A DNA stretch of 64,000 nt from Candidatus Moraniibacteriota bacterium (GTDB lineage Bacteria; Patescibacteriota; Minisyncoccia; Moranbacterales; UBA1568), in NCBI GenBank assembly GCA_030648835.1, contig JAUSGT010000002.1, positions 89,665 through 153,664 on the forward strand, given 5' to 3'. The position numbers and the translations under genes were made by a program. A model generated the notes under the pieces. It was given only the letters and a program-made list of their open reading frames with translations, had not been told where the DNA came from and did no database searches. Below, piece by piece: positions 29,209 to 39,648 of the stretch (its first letter is position 1; every line of letters starts with the position of its first letter).

Positions 29209-29448
29209 CTATTCTGCGTTTTTGCTCGGGCGATGAATAGAGGCGATAGCCAGTATCAACACGGACATCGATACGGTCAAGACTTCCAATTCATTCCCAC
29301 CAACGAGTGTAAAGTTTTGATTCACAAACCAACGCACATACGTTTGGAATCCGACCAAAAGAAGCACGACGATGAGTAACAATATGGCAGTAGCCACAGA
29401 AAAATAGAAAACAAATCGCTCTCTCTTTTCTTGAGTAGGGGTATTCAT
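29209..29448 (-). CDS. Small 2-TM membrane protein
   Basis: Two hydrophobic helices. Confidence 0.6.
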   Translation of the reverse strand: MNTPTQEKRERFVFYFSVATAILLLIVVLLLVGFQTYVRWFVNQNFTLVGGNELEVLTVSMSVLILAIASIHRPSKNAE

Positions 29449-29596
29449 ATCACGAAGAGTACCATAGTAAACCGCAGTTATCAATCTCTATTGTGCCGGC
29501 ATCATGGCTGATAGCATCAGGCAAAAGAGAAAAAGCGATAGTTCCCACGTCAGAGAGAGAATGATATACTGCGTCTAGCGATTTTTTCTTTTTCCT

Positions 29597-29938
29597 ATGA
29601 AAAATTTTATTGTCATCGTACTGGTCGTTATGGGGCTCACCTTTTTTGTGACTTCCAACACTGCGCCGGTCCCTCTCCATTTCTTCACTTTGACGAAAGA
29701 TGTCCCGCTTTCGTTTATCCTGATTCTCCCGATTAGTATCACACTGCTTGTTTTCGCGCTGTATAACCTGATTCAGAGAAGCAAGACAAACATCATCATT
29801 CGTGAATTGGAGGACAGCCTCGAGAGCGAGCAAAAAAAAGTATTGGAAGTAGCCAAACGTACCCACGAGCTTGAACTCGAAAATCGGAAACTCAAAATCC
29901 GTTTGGGTCATACCGATTTCGACGAAGATTCTTTATGA
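29597..29938 (+). CDS. LapA/DUF1049-like membrane protein
   Basis: FVTSNTAPVPLHFF..PLS, two TMs, coiled coil. Confidence 0.7.
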   Translation: MKNFIVIVLVVMGLTFFVTSNTAPVPLHFFTLTKDVPLSFILILPISITLLVFALYNLIQRSKTNIIIRELEDSLESEQKKVLEVAKRTHELELENRKLKIRLGHTDFDEDSL

Positions 29939-30456
29939 AAAGTCTGTTGCTCGCTTTGTGGAGGAGGCTCAATTTTTCCAAGCATTTTCAACTGAATATC
30001 ATCCGGATGTTTCAGGATCAGTTTCTCGTCGGTGTGACCGGCCTTATTTTCAATGAAAAAAACGAAGTGTTGGTGTTCAAGCACACCTATCGGCAGAGGA
30101 GCTGGAGCTTGCCTGGAGGGTATATGAATGGCAAGGAACACCCCAAAGAAGCATTGGCCAGGGAAATCAAGGAAGAGTCCGGATTTACCGTCAGTATCGA
30201 TTGGAGAATGAAAGTGCGTACGGACAGGGAAACGGCGCGTCTGGATATTTCCTACATCGGAACCTACATTGGGGGAGAGTTTGTTCCGTCCAAAGAGGTG
30301 AGTGAAGCCAGATTTTGTTCACTCCAAAATCTTCCGCCTATTCGCAGAGACCAGCTGTTCCTTATCGAAAACGCGCTTGAGCAACGCGAACATTTCTTTT
30401 CGGAGAATTCTTACTCAGACCCTCTCTCCGAACAAAAACACATCGCGCATTTTTAA
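29935..30456 (+). CDS. NUDIX hydrolase
   Basis: WSLPGG..E..ALAREIKEESG. Confidence 0.9.
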   Translation: MKSLLLALWRRLNFSKHFQLNIIRMFQDQFLVGVTGLIFNEKNEVLVFKHTYRQRSWSLPGGYMNGKEHPKEALAREIKEESGFTVSIDWRMKVRTDRETARLDISYIGTYIGGEFVPSKEVSEARFCSLQNLPPIRRDQLFLIENALEQREHFFSENSYSDPLSEQKHIAHF

Positions 30457-30465
30457 GAAGAGAGC

Positions 30466-30891
30466 TTATACCCGACAAAGAAGATTCAAGCCGGTTTCTT
30501 TGTCAAAAACCCGATGGAGAGGCGAAGGCAGAACGGTCAGATGAATCTCGCAGGCACCCGATACCCGGAGTTTGAAAAGATGGCCTCCAAACACGGAGAG
30601 ATCGCGTTTTCCAAAGACTCCGTGGATATGGAGCATTTTTTCGTCTTTCAGTGTACCGAGATTTCCGTTCAAGGAAAGAATCTCCACGTCCTCGTTTATT
30701 TGGTGGCGTTCGTAAGTCTGGGTGGGGAGATGGTAGTAAGCGAGTTCCAGTTGATCTGCCGCCCCGAGTCCGGTGAGCGTCGCTCCGGCGACAGTATTTT
30801 CTCTGCACCAGGAAAGAAGGGTCTCAAAAAGCTCTTCACCACGGGCGAGATTGAAGACGAATTGATTTTCGTGGGAGGCTATCATTTGCAT
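30466..30891 (-). CDS. PPC/DUF296 domain protein
   Basis: EILSLNGN, HIH, GGHL. Confidence 0.9.
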   Translation of the reverse strand: MQMIASHENQFVFNLARGEELFETLLSWCRENTVAGATLTGLGAADQLELAYYHLPTQTYERHQINEDVEILSLNGNLGTLKDEKMLHIHGVFGKRDLSVFGGHLFKLRVSGACEIHLTVLPSPLHRVFDKETGLNLLCRV

Positions 30892-31168
30892 ACCTGGTCA
30901 GTGAAACTTCAACAATTTTTTATAAACTGTAGAAGTGAAGTTAATTTTGTTTTTCCGCTTATGTTTGAACAGCAATAACATTTACTAATACTCAGTCGAA
31001 GTTCTACTGCCGGGCATAGTGGTTTCAGTTTAGCATATCTGTCCAAAGAGGTTGAGGTCTCTTTTTATGATCATAGCCATTTGAAGGTGAAAACTTCCGG
31101 TGTGGGCAGCTGATGATGTTATAATAAGTCTTGCCTCTCTTTTTGGAAATCTTTTCCTGAAAGCAAAT

Positions 31169-32407
31169 ATGAGCGATATTGAGTATCCACAACCAGCCAA
31201 AACAAAGAAAAGCCTGATGAAGATTGGCGTTCTTTTTTTGCTTCTTGGCATCTCGGTGGTTGTTTCATTGAAAAAAGATGATGTCAGCATCCAAAACATT
31301 GGCGATTATATTGGTGGTTCGCTCCAAAACGAGATTGTCCCAGCCGAAAAAAGTCTTCCTGCCCCGGAGGGAGAAAAATCAGTGTCGTTCAATTGGGAGT
31401 ACAAAGGCAGAAAGTATTCTCTCGATGAGAATCTGTACGATTCTTATTACCAGTTTTACAAAACTCTTCCGACCGCTATACTTTTGAACGGGGAATCACA
31501 AATTGAGCGGGAAACGATAAGTAATGAAAAGTTTATTACCGGAGTAGTCGGAGATGATACCGTACAGGTTTTGGCAGAGAAGCTTCGCACCATGGGGGAA
31601 GAGCGCAAGCTGAACGAAAGCCAGATGGTGGAATTTGTAGCGACTTTCGTCCAAACCATTCCCTATGATCAGAAAAAGCTTGAGAGACGGAATAGCGGTC
31701 TCAGCGGTATAACGGAGAAGATCACCTACCCCTATGAAGTTTTGTACGAGAACACGGGAGTTTGCCAGGACAAGAGCTACCTCGCTTATGCTTTGTTGAA
31801 AAAGCTTGGCTACGGCGTCGCCATCTTTCTTTTCCCCGATCCAGAGGATAATCATATGGCGATAGGAGTGAAGTGCCCGCTCCAGTATTCGAATTATGCG
31901 TCCGGTTATTGTTTTGTCGAAACTACCAGTCTCGGGAACAAAATCGGTATGATACCCGATCTCATTCCAAAGAGCCGTATCGCTACCTCCGATATACAGA
32001 TAAGCACGGTTGGAAACAACCAGGTCGGAGATGATGAATATCAGTCGCTCGGTAACGTCGAAGTTCTCAATACAATCGACGGCAAGGAATATACCGGAAT
32101 CATCGATACTATCAGCACGCAAAAAGAACTCGAGCGTTTGCGGAAATTAATTGAGGGGTACAAGCGGGAGCTCCAGGCGTTGGGGGCAGAAATTGAAAAG
32201 CAGGAAAATGACCTTGATCGAATGCAAAAGAAATTGAAGAGTCTGAAAAAAGATGAGCAGTATGATGATTACAACGATTTGGTGAGTAAATACAACAAAC
32301 TTCTTTCTGCAGTGAAAAAAGATATAAAGGAATACAATAAAAAGGCGGGGGTAAACAATGATGCCATTTCGCGATACCGCGCCCTGGCCAAGGATTTTTA
32401 CCGTTAG
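31169..32407 (+). CDS. Transglutaminase-like protein with C-terminal coiled coil
   Basis: YPYEVLYENTGVCQDKS, HMAIGV, VETT. Confidence 0.75.
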   Translation: MSDIEYPQPAKTKKSLMKIGVLFLLLGISVVVSLKKDDVSIQNIGDYIGGSLQNEIVPAEKSLPAPEGEKSVSFNWEYKGRKYSLDENLYDSYYQFYKTLPTAILLNGESQIERETISNEKFITGVVGDDTVQVLAEKLRTMGEERKLNESQMVEFVATFVQTIPYDQKKLERRNSGLSGITEKITYPYEVLYENTGVCQDKSYLAYALLKKLGYGVAIFLFPDPEDNHMAIGVKCPLQYSNYASGYCFVETTSLGNKIGMIPDLIPKSRIATSDIQISTVGNNQVGDDEYQSLGNVEVLNTIDGKEYTGIIDTISTQKELERLRKLIEGYKRELQALGAEIEKQENDLDRMQKKLKSLKKDEQYDDYNDLVSKYNKLLSAVKKDIKEYNKKAGVNNDAISRYRALAKDFYR

Positions 32408-32523
32408 TGGGTGTAAAACGAAAAAATTCAAAAATATTGCGGAAATAAGCCTTTTCTGCTACGCTCTACTATTGGTTCTTTTACATCTTTACATATCCCA
32501 ACAACCTCAACGAGGAGAATCAT

Positions 32524-33228
32524 ATGCCCCTGAATCTGCTTGTTGTCGGTGATCCAGCTCGCGTCAATCCGCTTGTAGTCTTGCTTAAGAATAGCGGCGT
32601 GAATGCTGTTCCAGTTTTGTCACGGAATACCATAGATATATTGGAGAGCATAAGGCCTTACCAAGCCAAGAAAACTCTGGTGGTATTTGGCGACGCCTTG
32701 GAAGATAAACCGGGCTTTCTTCGTCTTCTCCAACGGGTCCAGCGAGAAACCAGTATGGTAATTATTTCTGGTGAGCATCAAAACTCTCCGACACCCTATG
32801 ATAGCCGTCAATTAGTAGAGGAGATTGAAAAAGCGACTGTATGTAAAATTCGCTACTTTTCATACAAGGAAGGAAATCACCTTGTTCTCGCGCAAAAAAG
32901 TCTTGCAGCGGAAACGCCAGCCAAGCAAAATGATGAAAGAAAATCAAGTGAGCGTTTGATCAACGGGCGAACAGTTTATTTGGAAGGGCGATCTGCCGAG
33001 ATGTTTGATATGATTACCCAATCCGCAGGAATGTTTGTCCCATGGCATGTGCTTCGTCAGCGTTTTGAAAGTCGAGGGACTATGTATGGAGCTATCGCCC
33101 GTCTGCGTCAGGAGCTGAAGAAACAATTTCCGGGAGCGGAAAAAGCTGTTACGACGCATAAATACGAGGGAATCGCATTTGATCCGACTTTACTTCCTGC
33201 AGAGAAAATTACCGCTAAGCCTTCTTGA
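32524..33228 (+). CDS. Hypothetical protein, possible C-terminal winged-helix
   Basis: AIARLRQELK..VTTHKYEG resembles an OmpR-type wHTH end. Confidence 0.5.
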   Translation: MPLNLLVVGDPARVNPLVVLLKNSGVNAVPVLSRNTIDILESIRPYQAKKTLVVFGDALEDKPGFLRLLQRVQRETSMVIISGEHQNSPTPYDSRQLVEEIEKATVCKIRYFSYKEGNHLVLAQKSLAAETPAKQNDERKSSERLINGRTVYLEGRSAEMFDMITQSAGMFVPWHVLRQRFESRGTMYGAIARLRQELKKQFPGAEKAVTTHKYEGIAFDPTLLPAEKITAKPS

Positions 33229-33412
33229 TGCCGAGCGTGTCCATCCGGACTCTCCTCGGCATTTTTTTATTCAGATGAAGAAGAAATAAGAAAATTAACA
33301 GAAGCAAAGGTGGGGTTGACTTGGTGTATATATTCCTCTAGGCTTGATGATAAGAGGGAGAACAAACCCTCTTTTCCTTTACAATGTGGTTCTTACAGAG
33401 AGGGGCTACACC

Positions 33413-34153
33413 ATGCCAATTGCGCTTATTAGTGTATCTGACAAGACGGGGATTGAACTCTTTGCTCGGGGAATCATTACCCTAGGGTACAAGATCCTTT
33501 CCACTTCCAATACCGCGAAGGCTCTAGAAGCCGACCATACTCCGGTTATCCAAGTATCCGATCACACGGGTTTTCCGGAGATGCTCGGCGGTCGGGTCAA
33601 GACTCTGCACCCGAAAATTCATGGCGGTATTCTCGCTCGGCGCGATGTACCGGCACATATGTCTGCGATCGCAGAAGTCGGCATCGAGCCAATCGATCTT
33701 GTCGTGGTCAATCTGTATCCGTTCGAGCAGACGGTAGCAAAACCGGACTGCACGCCGGAGCAGGCAATCGAAAACATCGACATTGGCGGGCCTGCCATGG
33801 TGCGCTCTGCGGCCAAGAATTATGCAAGCGTGATCGTCACTGTCAATCCGGCCGATTACTCCGGCATACTGGCCAGGCTGCGTGCCGGTACGGTCGACAT
33901 GGAATTCCGCCACGTGCTGGCGCAAAAAGCTTTCGCGCACACTGCGGCGTATGACGCGGCCATCGCGAAATACCTCGACAACGCAGATGACGTGCACGGG
34001 TTGCGGTATGGGCACGCCCTCTGCGGATTTTCGAGCGAGCCGCCCAAAGGCTGGCCAGAAGGGCAAAAAGGAGTCAGGTTTGATGAAGTGGACAAGATTA
34101 CCTGTCGGGATTGCAAGGTTATTGCCGAGCATTTCCAACGGCACCGCGATTGA
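33413..34153 (+). CDS. purH: PurH IMP-cyclohydrolase domain only, with Cys/His tail
   Basis: [51 protein letters not shown]; no transformylase domain. Confidence 0.85.
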   Translation: MPIALISVSDKTGIELFARGIITLGYKILSTSNTAKALEADHTPVIQVSDHTGFPEMLGGRVKTLHPKIHGGILARRDVPAHMSAIAEVGIEPIDLVVVNLYPFEQTVAKPDCTPEQAIENIDIGGPAMVRSAAKNYASVIVTVNPADYSGILARLRAGTVDMEFRHVLAQKAFAHTAAYDAAIAKYLDNADDVHGLRYGHALCGFSSEPPKGWPEGQKGVRFDEVDKITCRDCKVIAEHFQRHRD

Positions 34154-34294
34154 CCGACAGTCGCACTCGCGTATAAACCCCCGCGATTATAAATAGGGGT
34201 TTTTCTTTTTGTCTCAAAGATCATTGCTCCCCAGGCATTTATAGGCTACTATGTATGAGGTGTTAGATAAATTAATTATTTTAATATATTTCGT

Positions 34295-34711
34295 ATGGGA
34301 AAAATAATTGTCGGGGTTATCGTTGTTGTTGCCATCGCCGGTTTCTTTCTGATGAAGGATAACAATGATGCGGTTGTGACCAAGAGCGATAGCAATAAAC
34401 CGGCAGTAACGATGCCGGCAGGAGAGGTGAAGGAGTTTTCCATGACTTCCTATTATGATGATGCAGGGAAGTGGTTCTCGCTCAAAGAAATAAACGTCAA
34501 AAAGGGAGATGTTGTTCGCATCAAGGTAACCAATATCAAAGGATCACACGATTTCAATATCGATGAGTATGGGGTCAAGAAAGCAACCCCTCTCAACCAG
34601 GAAGCTATCATTGAATTTACGGCCGACAAGGTTGGTGAATTTACGTATTACTGTTCTATGCCGGGTCATCGCCAGGCCGGGCAGTTTGGTAAGCTGATTG
34701 TAAAGGAGTAG
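34295..34711 (+). CDS. Cupredoxin-domain protein
   Basis: HDF..YYCSMPGHRQAGQ. Confidence 0.88.
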   Translation: MGKIIVGVIVVVAIAGFFLMKDNNDAVVTKSDSNKPAVTMPAGEVKEFSMTSYYDDAGKWFSLKEINVKKGDVVRIKVTNIKGSHDFNIDEYGVKKATPLNQEAIIEFTADKVGEFTYYCSMPGHRQAGQFGKLIVKE

Positions 34712-34799
34712 ACTGTGTGAAACTCACAGGCAAATCAAGAAGCCGTCCGCTGAGGGACGGCTTTCTTTTTCTACTTTGCTCCAATGCTATACTGAAAGT

Positions 34800-35426
34800 A
34801 TGTTCGGACTAACCAAAAAAGAATTAGCGATATTACGTAAACTTTCCACACCTGGAAAAATTCAGGATTTTTTGGACACATTGCCGATCAATCACCTCAA
34901 AAATGGCGCTACGTGTTTTTCCCCACGGCAAGTATTGCGGGAGAAAAAAGCTCACTGCATCGAGGGGGCGCTCTTGGCCGCTACCGCTCTGTGGCTGCAT
35001 GGAGAGTCGCCACTTCTCCTTGATTTGAAAGCGACGAGGGATGACTATGACCACGTGGTAGCCTTGTATAAACAGAATGGGTACTGGGGCGCGCTCAGTA
35101 AAACGAATTATCCAGCTCTCCGTTTTCGCGATCCCGTCTATCGGACTATCCGTGAATTGGCCCTCTCTTATTTCCATGAGTACACTCTCATCAAGACAGG
35201 AGAGAAGACGCTCCTTTCATATTCGCGACCCTTTTCTCTCAAAAAGTTTGGCACAGACTGGATAACGGCCGAAGAAGACCTCTGGGATATCGCTTGTGCA
35301 CTCGATGATTTCCAACATTTCGCGCTGGTACCGAAGAAAAACAAGCGGTTTCTTCGCAAGACTTCCCCCTTTGAACGCAAGGTCGGGGATCTGACCGAGT
35401 GGAGCAAAAAAGACCCGCGAACGTAA
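34800..35426 (+). CDS. Conserved hypothetical protein (transglutaminase-like Cys-His)
   Basis: AHCIEGALLAA, DHVVAL, WGALSKTN. Confidence 0.7.
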   Translation: MFGLTKKELAILRKLSTPGKIQDFLDTLPINHLKNGATCFSPRQVLREKKAHCIEGALLAATALWLHGESPLLLDLKATRDDYDHVVALYKQNGYWGALSKTNYPALRFRDPVYRTIRELALSYFHEYTLIKTGEKTLLSYSRPFSLKKFGTDWITAEEDLWDIACALDDFQHFALVPKKNKRFLRKTSPFERKVGDLTEWSKKDPRT

Positions 35427-35460
35427 AGAGTGTATAATAGAACGATAAAGTAAAAACGCT

Positions 35461-36567
35461 ATGCAAGTTATCTTTTTTCTTTTTTTATTTCTGACGGCAT
35501 TGCTCGGGTCGCACGCTATCGTGTATGTTTCGCTTGTTCATTTTTTCTCGATCACCGTTAGCGCTCACAAGTATATTCTTGTCTGTATCCTTATCTTTCT
35601 GGCGGTGAGTTTTTTCCTTTCCTCGGCCATCGCGCATTTTTTCGAGAATGGTTTCACGCGCGCCTATTATTTTCTCTCCGGATTCTGGCTCGGTTTTTTG
35701 GTGAATATCATTATGGCTTTGGCCATCGCGTGGCTGACACTCTGGGTGAGCCAGTATCTCCATATTGATCTCAATAAAAGCAGTATAGGCGCATTTTTTC
35801 TCGGGCTGGCATTGCTTCTCTCGTTGTACGGAGTGTGGCACGCCCTGCGCCCGGTCGTAAAAAATATTTCTGTGCGTATCCCGAACCTTCCGGAACAGTG
35901 GAAAGGGGAAACCATCGTGCATCTTTCCGATATCCACTTGGGGCATGTGTATCAAGCCAGCTATCTTGAGGGGGTTGTGGAAAAAGTGAATGCCCTCCAC
36001 CCGAAGATGGTTGTCATCACCGGGGACTTGTTTGATGGTATGGACGGCTATCTCGGTTCTCTCGTTCAGCCATTCAACGGGATACAGTCGGACAATGGCA
36101 TATTTTTTGTGACGGGCAATCATGAGACGTATCTGGGTATCGAAAAAGCTTTTTCCGCTTTGCAGGATACGAAAGTGGTGATTCTAAAAGATGAGGTGAG
36201 AGATGTCGATGGTTTGCAACTGATCGGTATTAGTTTCCCCAAGCGCGGTGAGAAGAAAGATCTCATCGCCACCCTCGAGTCTTTGCGGGATCGATTCTCG
36301 GGGCAACCCAGTGTACTTCTCTATCATGCTCCGGCCAGAGTTGGAGAAGTCGCCGCGAGCGGCGTGAACCTCATGCTTTCCGGCCATACACACCGAGGCC
36401 AGCAATTTCCTTTCCGCTATATCACCCATCTGGTACACGCGGGCTATGATTATGGGCTCTATCGGAAGGGGGACTTTTCTCTGTACACCACGAGCGGAGT
36501 CGGGACATGGGGGCCGACAATGAGGATAGGCACGCAGTCCGAGATTGTGGCGATTACTCTTGAATAG
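35461..36567 (+). CDS. Membrane metallophosphoesterase
   Basis: SDIHLG, GDLFDG, GNHE, SGHTH. Confidence 0.92.
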   Translation: MQVIFFLFLFLTALLGSHAIVYVSLVHFFSITVSAHKYILVCILIFLAVSFFLSSAIAHFFENGFTRAYYFLSGFWLGFLVNIIMALAIAWLTLWVSQYLHIDLNKSSIGAFFLGLALLLSLYGVWHALRPVVKNISVRIPNLPEQWKGETIVHLSDIHLGHVYQASYLEGVVEKVNALHPKMVVITGDLFDGMDGYLGSLVQPFNGIQSDNGIFFVTGNHETYLGIEKAFSALQDTKVVILKDEVRDVDGLQLIGISFPKRGEKKDLIATLESLRDRFSGQPSVLLYHAPARVGEVAASGVNLMLSGHTHRGQQFPFRYITHLVHAGYDYGLYRKGDFSLYTTSGVGTWGPTMRIGTQSEIVAITLE

Positions 36568-36742
36568 ATTTTTTGAACCGTTATCACTGGCGATTGAAAG
36601 ATTGTTCATTTTGAGACGTCTCAGTATGTAGTGAGATGGGATATTTTCTGGTGATTTTTTCGAAAAATCCCTGTTTAAAGGGAAAGTACGGTATAATTTC
36701 ACTCATATAATAGTGGGGAAAACCCGTAAGAAACAAAATATT

Positions 36743-37171
36743 ATGAACAAAACAGGTCTCCGCGTTATCTTAGTCTCTTTTTTCATCGTCCTTTTTGGGG
36801 GATCGTTTTTTTCCGTTTTGGCTGTGGAAGAAAACAATCGTCTTGCCAAAAGCAAGGCGAATCAAGAACAATTCTTGAGCGATGTGCAGGCGCTCGATCG
36901 GGCGCGCCAAGCGTATCTCGAGAGCGTTCTCGAGAGTCGTACTGCTTCGAAGGAGGGCATGGCGGTGGCCAAGGCACAGTACGAGGCTCTCCTCAAAAAT
37001 CAGCCTACCCTTATAGCGCAGAACCAAAAACAGACGACGACGACTGTCAAACAGCAGGTTCCGGTGGCGAGTTCCGGCAATAGTAAGAGTACGAAATCAT
37101 CAGGCTCCAGCAGTGTCAAAAGTACACAGGCATCCAAGCCCGCCGCTACGCGTACGACTAAAACTTCTTAA
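36743..37171 (+). CDS. Membrane-anchored Ser/Thr-rich protein
   Basis: TM, coiled coil, tail ending TRTTKTS. Confidence 0.7.
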   Translation: MNKTGLRVILVSFFIVLFGGSFFSVLAVEENNRLAKSKANQEQFLSDVQALDRARQAYLESVLESRTASKEGMAVAKAQYEALLKNQPTLIAQNQKQTTTTVKQQVPVASSGNSKSTKSSGSSSVKSTQASKPAATRTTKTS

Positions 37172-37180
37172 AAAACTTCT

Positions 37181-37696
37181 ATGAAAAAGATCTTCCAAAA
37201 AAAGAAAATCTGGTTTGTAGTTCTGTTTTTCTCCGGGGTAGCAATCATCAGTTGGAATTCTGTTTTGCATCAGGCATTGCGAGGAGAGACGTTTGTTGCT
37301 GTCGCACACGCGGAAGATGATGAAGATGAATATGAAGATGAAAATGAGAACGATGATAACTATTCTTCAGATACCCAGTCTCCTGTGACGTCATCCTCGA
37401 CAAAAACGACGAAAGTGAAAAGCGTGCCTACCTATAAGACGGTACTGGTGACGAAAGTGGTTACGACGCTCGACCCGCAATTTACAACCGATCGAGATGG
37501 AGATAGGATCGTCGATGGGCTCGACCCACATCCGAGTGTGCATGAACGCGAGTATTTTACGGACGTCGATGACGACGGCATCGCCGATGCTTTTGATGAA
37601 CATTCGGGTGAAGATGACTTCGCTTATTATGAACAAGAAAACGATGAAAATCAAAACGGCATCCTTGACTCCTATGAGCTCATGGCAAGTCGCTGA
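37181..37696 (+). CDS. Exported acidic protein with DxDxDG Ca-binding repeats
   Basis: DRDGDRIVDGLD, DVDDDGIAD, DENQNGILD. Confidence 0.7.
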   Translation: MKKIFQKKKIWFVVLFFSGVAIISWNSVLHQALRGETFVAVAHAEDDEDEYEDENENDDNYSSDTQSPVTSSSTKTTKVKSVPTYKTVLVTKVVTTLDPQFTTDRDGDRIVDGLDPHPSVHEREYFTDVDDDGIADAFDEHSGEDDFAYYEQENDENQNGILDSYELMASR

Positions 37697-38597
37697 GCAT
37701 GAAGAGAAGGGGACGATTATGAAGACGGACGTTTTTATCCGGCTCACTTCGGACGCCTATTCGCGGCATGAAATGGTGCGCGATATCGATCGTGGTTTCC
37801 AAATGTTTCGCGCTTTCGCAAAACGTTTCAGTCGCTTTGAGAAAGAGAGTGAGCTCTCGCGCTTCAACGCGTCGGAAGGTGGAAAAGTATCGGCGGAACT
37901 TTTCTCATTACTCAAAGAGTGCGCGCGATTTTGCACACTGACAGACAGCATCTTCGATCCCGGCATACTGCCTGTTCTGGAAAAGATCGGGTATAGAGGA
38001 ACCACTGTGTCGGAGGCGTCCACGACGAGAGAGTCGTTCACACAGTTGATTTTTGACGAAGGAAGCCAAACCATCCATAAGCCAAAAAATCTGCTTATCG
38101 ATCTCGGCGGTATCGGCAAGGGCTATATCGTCGATCAGGTGGCCGACGAACTCTCCAAAAAGTACGTGCATGGTATAGTGGACGCGGGAGGCGATATGCG
38201 TATTTTGGGGAGGAATCGAGAACAGAATCTCGATTATTGGGCTATTGATGTGGAAAATCCTTTTGATGCTTCTCAACCGCTCGCGGTGCTCCTCCTTTCG
38301 GAGTGCGCGGTGGCGACATCGGGTACCAATCGGAGAAAGTGGCGGCATGCAGGACGGGAGTATCACCACCTGATCGACCCGAAGCGAGAGACGAGTGCAC
38401 AGATGGGGGTTGTGCAGGTGACGGTTATTACGAAGCGCGCGGTGGAAGCCGATGTTTTTGCCAAGACGCTCCTTATTTTGGGACTGGAGCGTGGACAGCG
38501 ATTTGCAGAAGAGAAAAACATTCCGGCTCTCTTTGTGACCGACGACAAGCGGATCATTCGAAACGCTTTATTTCAAAAGTATGAATGGAAAGCATAA
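37674..38597 (+). CDS. apbE: FAD:protein FMN transferase
   Basis: SRF..SELSRFN, DLGGIGKGY, AGGD, ATSG, HHLIDP. Confidence 0.92.
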   Translation: MSSWQVAEHEEKGTIMKTDVFIRLTSDAYSRHEMVRDIDRGFQMFRAFAKRFSRFEKESELSRFNASEGGKVSAELFSLLKECARFCTLTDSIFDPGILPVLEKIGYRGTTVSEASTTRESFTQLIFDEGSQTIHKPKNLLIDLGGIGKGYIVDQVADELSKKYVHGIVDAGGDMRILGRNREQNLDYWAIDVENPFDASQPLAVLLLSECAVATSGTNRRKWRHAGREYHHLIDPKRETSAQMGVVQVTVITKRAVEADVFAKTLLILGLERGQRFAEEKNIPALFVTDDKRIIRNALFQKYEWKA

Positions 38598-39474
38598 AAT
38601 CATTACTCTCGTTCTTGTGGCATTTTTTGCGTTGAGTTTCAATACTCATTTTGCGCACGCGCTTGTCAAAGATTCTGACGTGGACGGGTTGAGTGATGAT
38701 GCCGAAATACGCCAGTACCGTACAAATCCACAGATATTTGATACCGATGGCGATGGGCGGGGCGATGGTGATGAAATTTTGGATAGGACGGACCCGCTTG
38801 ATAGAGAGAGTTCCTACATAGCAACCCTGATTCGGCAGGACCCGGGAATATTTGGGAATCCGAACCAGTGGGCGTGGTATTTGGGGCGGGCGAGCGGTAT
38901 TCTCGCGCTCATCCTTTTGACGAGCGTTGTGTCTTTCGGCCTCGTCGTTAGTTCTCGCGCGTTTTTCAAAATAGTTCCGGGAGCTACTGCTTATGAAGTG
39001 CATCGTTTTGTGGCCTGGCTCGCTTTGGGAGCGGTTGTTTTCCATTTTTCCACGTTTTTCTTTGATGGTTTTATCAAGATGACAGTCGCGGAAGCGCTGA
39101 TCCCATTTGCCTTATTTCGTGAGTTGAAGACAGTAACCGGTTTCAGTTTTGGAACGGCTGTCGCGTTTGGTACCATTGCCTTTTATGGACTTCTTGTTCT
39201 TGTTTTCACTTCACAGTGGCGCTCGAAAATGTCTCCAAAACTATGGCGCGTTGTCCACTCCATAGCTTTTGTCACATACCTTCTTTTCATCTTGCATGGA
39301 TTTATGGCTGGGACGGACTCGGAGGTATGGTGGATGAGAGTTCTTTACAGTTTGTCACTAGGCCTTGTGACTTTTCTTGTTTTTGTGCGAATTATTTCTC
39401 GCAATGTAATGCCAACGTGGCGGGCCTGGCGGAAAAGAGAAAATGAAGGTACCGAAATGCCTCGCGAGGGCTGA
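38581..39474 (+). CDS. Ferric-reductase-like TM protein with N-terminal DxDxDG repeats
   Basis: WYLGRASG, heme His in HRF, FH, WRVVH, LHG..GTD. Confidence 0.82.
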   Translation: MNGKHKIITLVLVAFFALSFNTHFAHALVKDSDVDGLSDDAEIRQYRTNPQIFDTDGDGRGDGDEILDRTDPLDRESSYIATLIRQDPGIFGNPNQWAWYLGRASGILALILLTSVVSFGLVVSSRAFFKIVPGATAYEVHRFVAWLALGAVVFHFSTFFFDGFIKMTVAEALIPFALFRELKTVTGFSFGTAVAFGTIAFYGLLVLVFTSQWRSKMSPKLWRVVHSIAFVTYLLFILHGFMAGTDSEVWWMRVLYSLSLGLVTFLVFVRIISRNVMPTWRAWRKRENEGTEMPREG

Positions 39475-39598
39475 TCCCGCACTAACTTTGCTTTGTGTTA
39501 ATGAATAATCCTTCTTGTTTGCGGTTTACTTTGTATAAAAGGCTTTCATTTTTTCTCATCGTACTTTCAAGATAAGTTAAGCAAAGTTAGTGCGGGAT
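39474..39598. mobile_element. MITE-like element, perfect 20 bp terminal inverted repeats
   Basis: ATCCCGCACTAACTTTGCTT (39474-39493) / AAGCAAAGTTAGTGCGGGAT (39579-39598). Confidence 0.65.
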
Positions 39599-39648
39599 TG
39601 ACCTCTCACTAAAACCCTGTCATACTCTTTAGATTACTTGAGAATACT

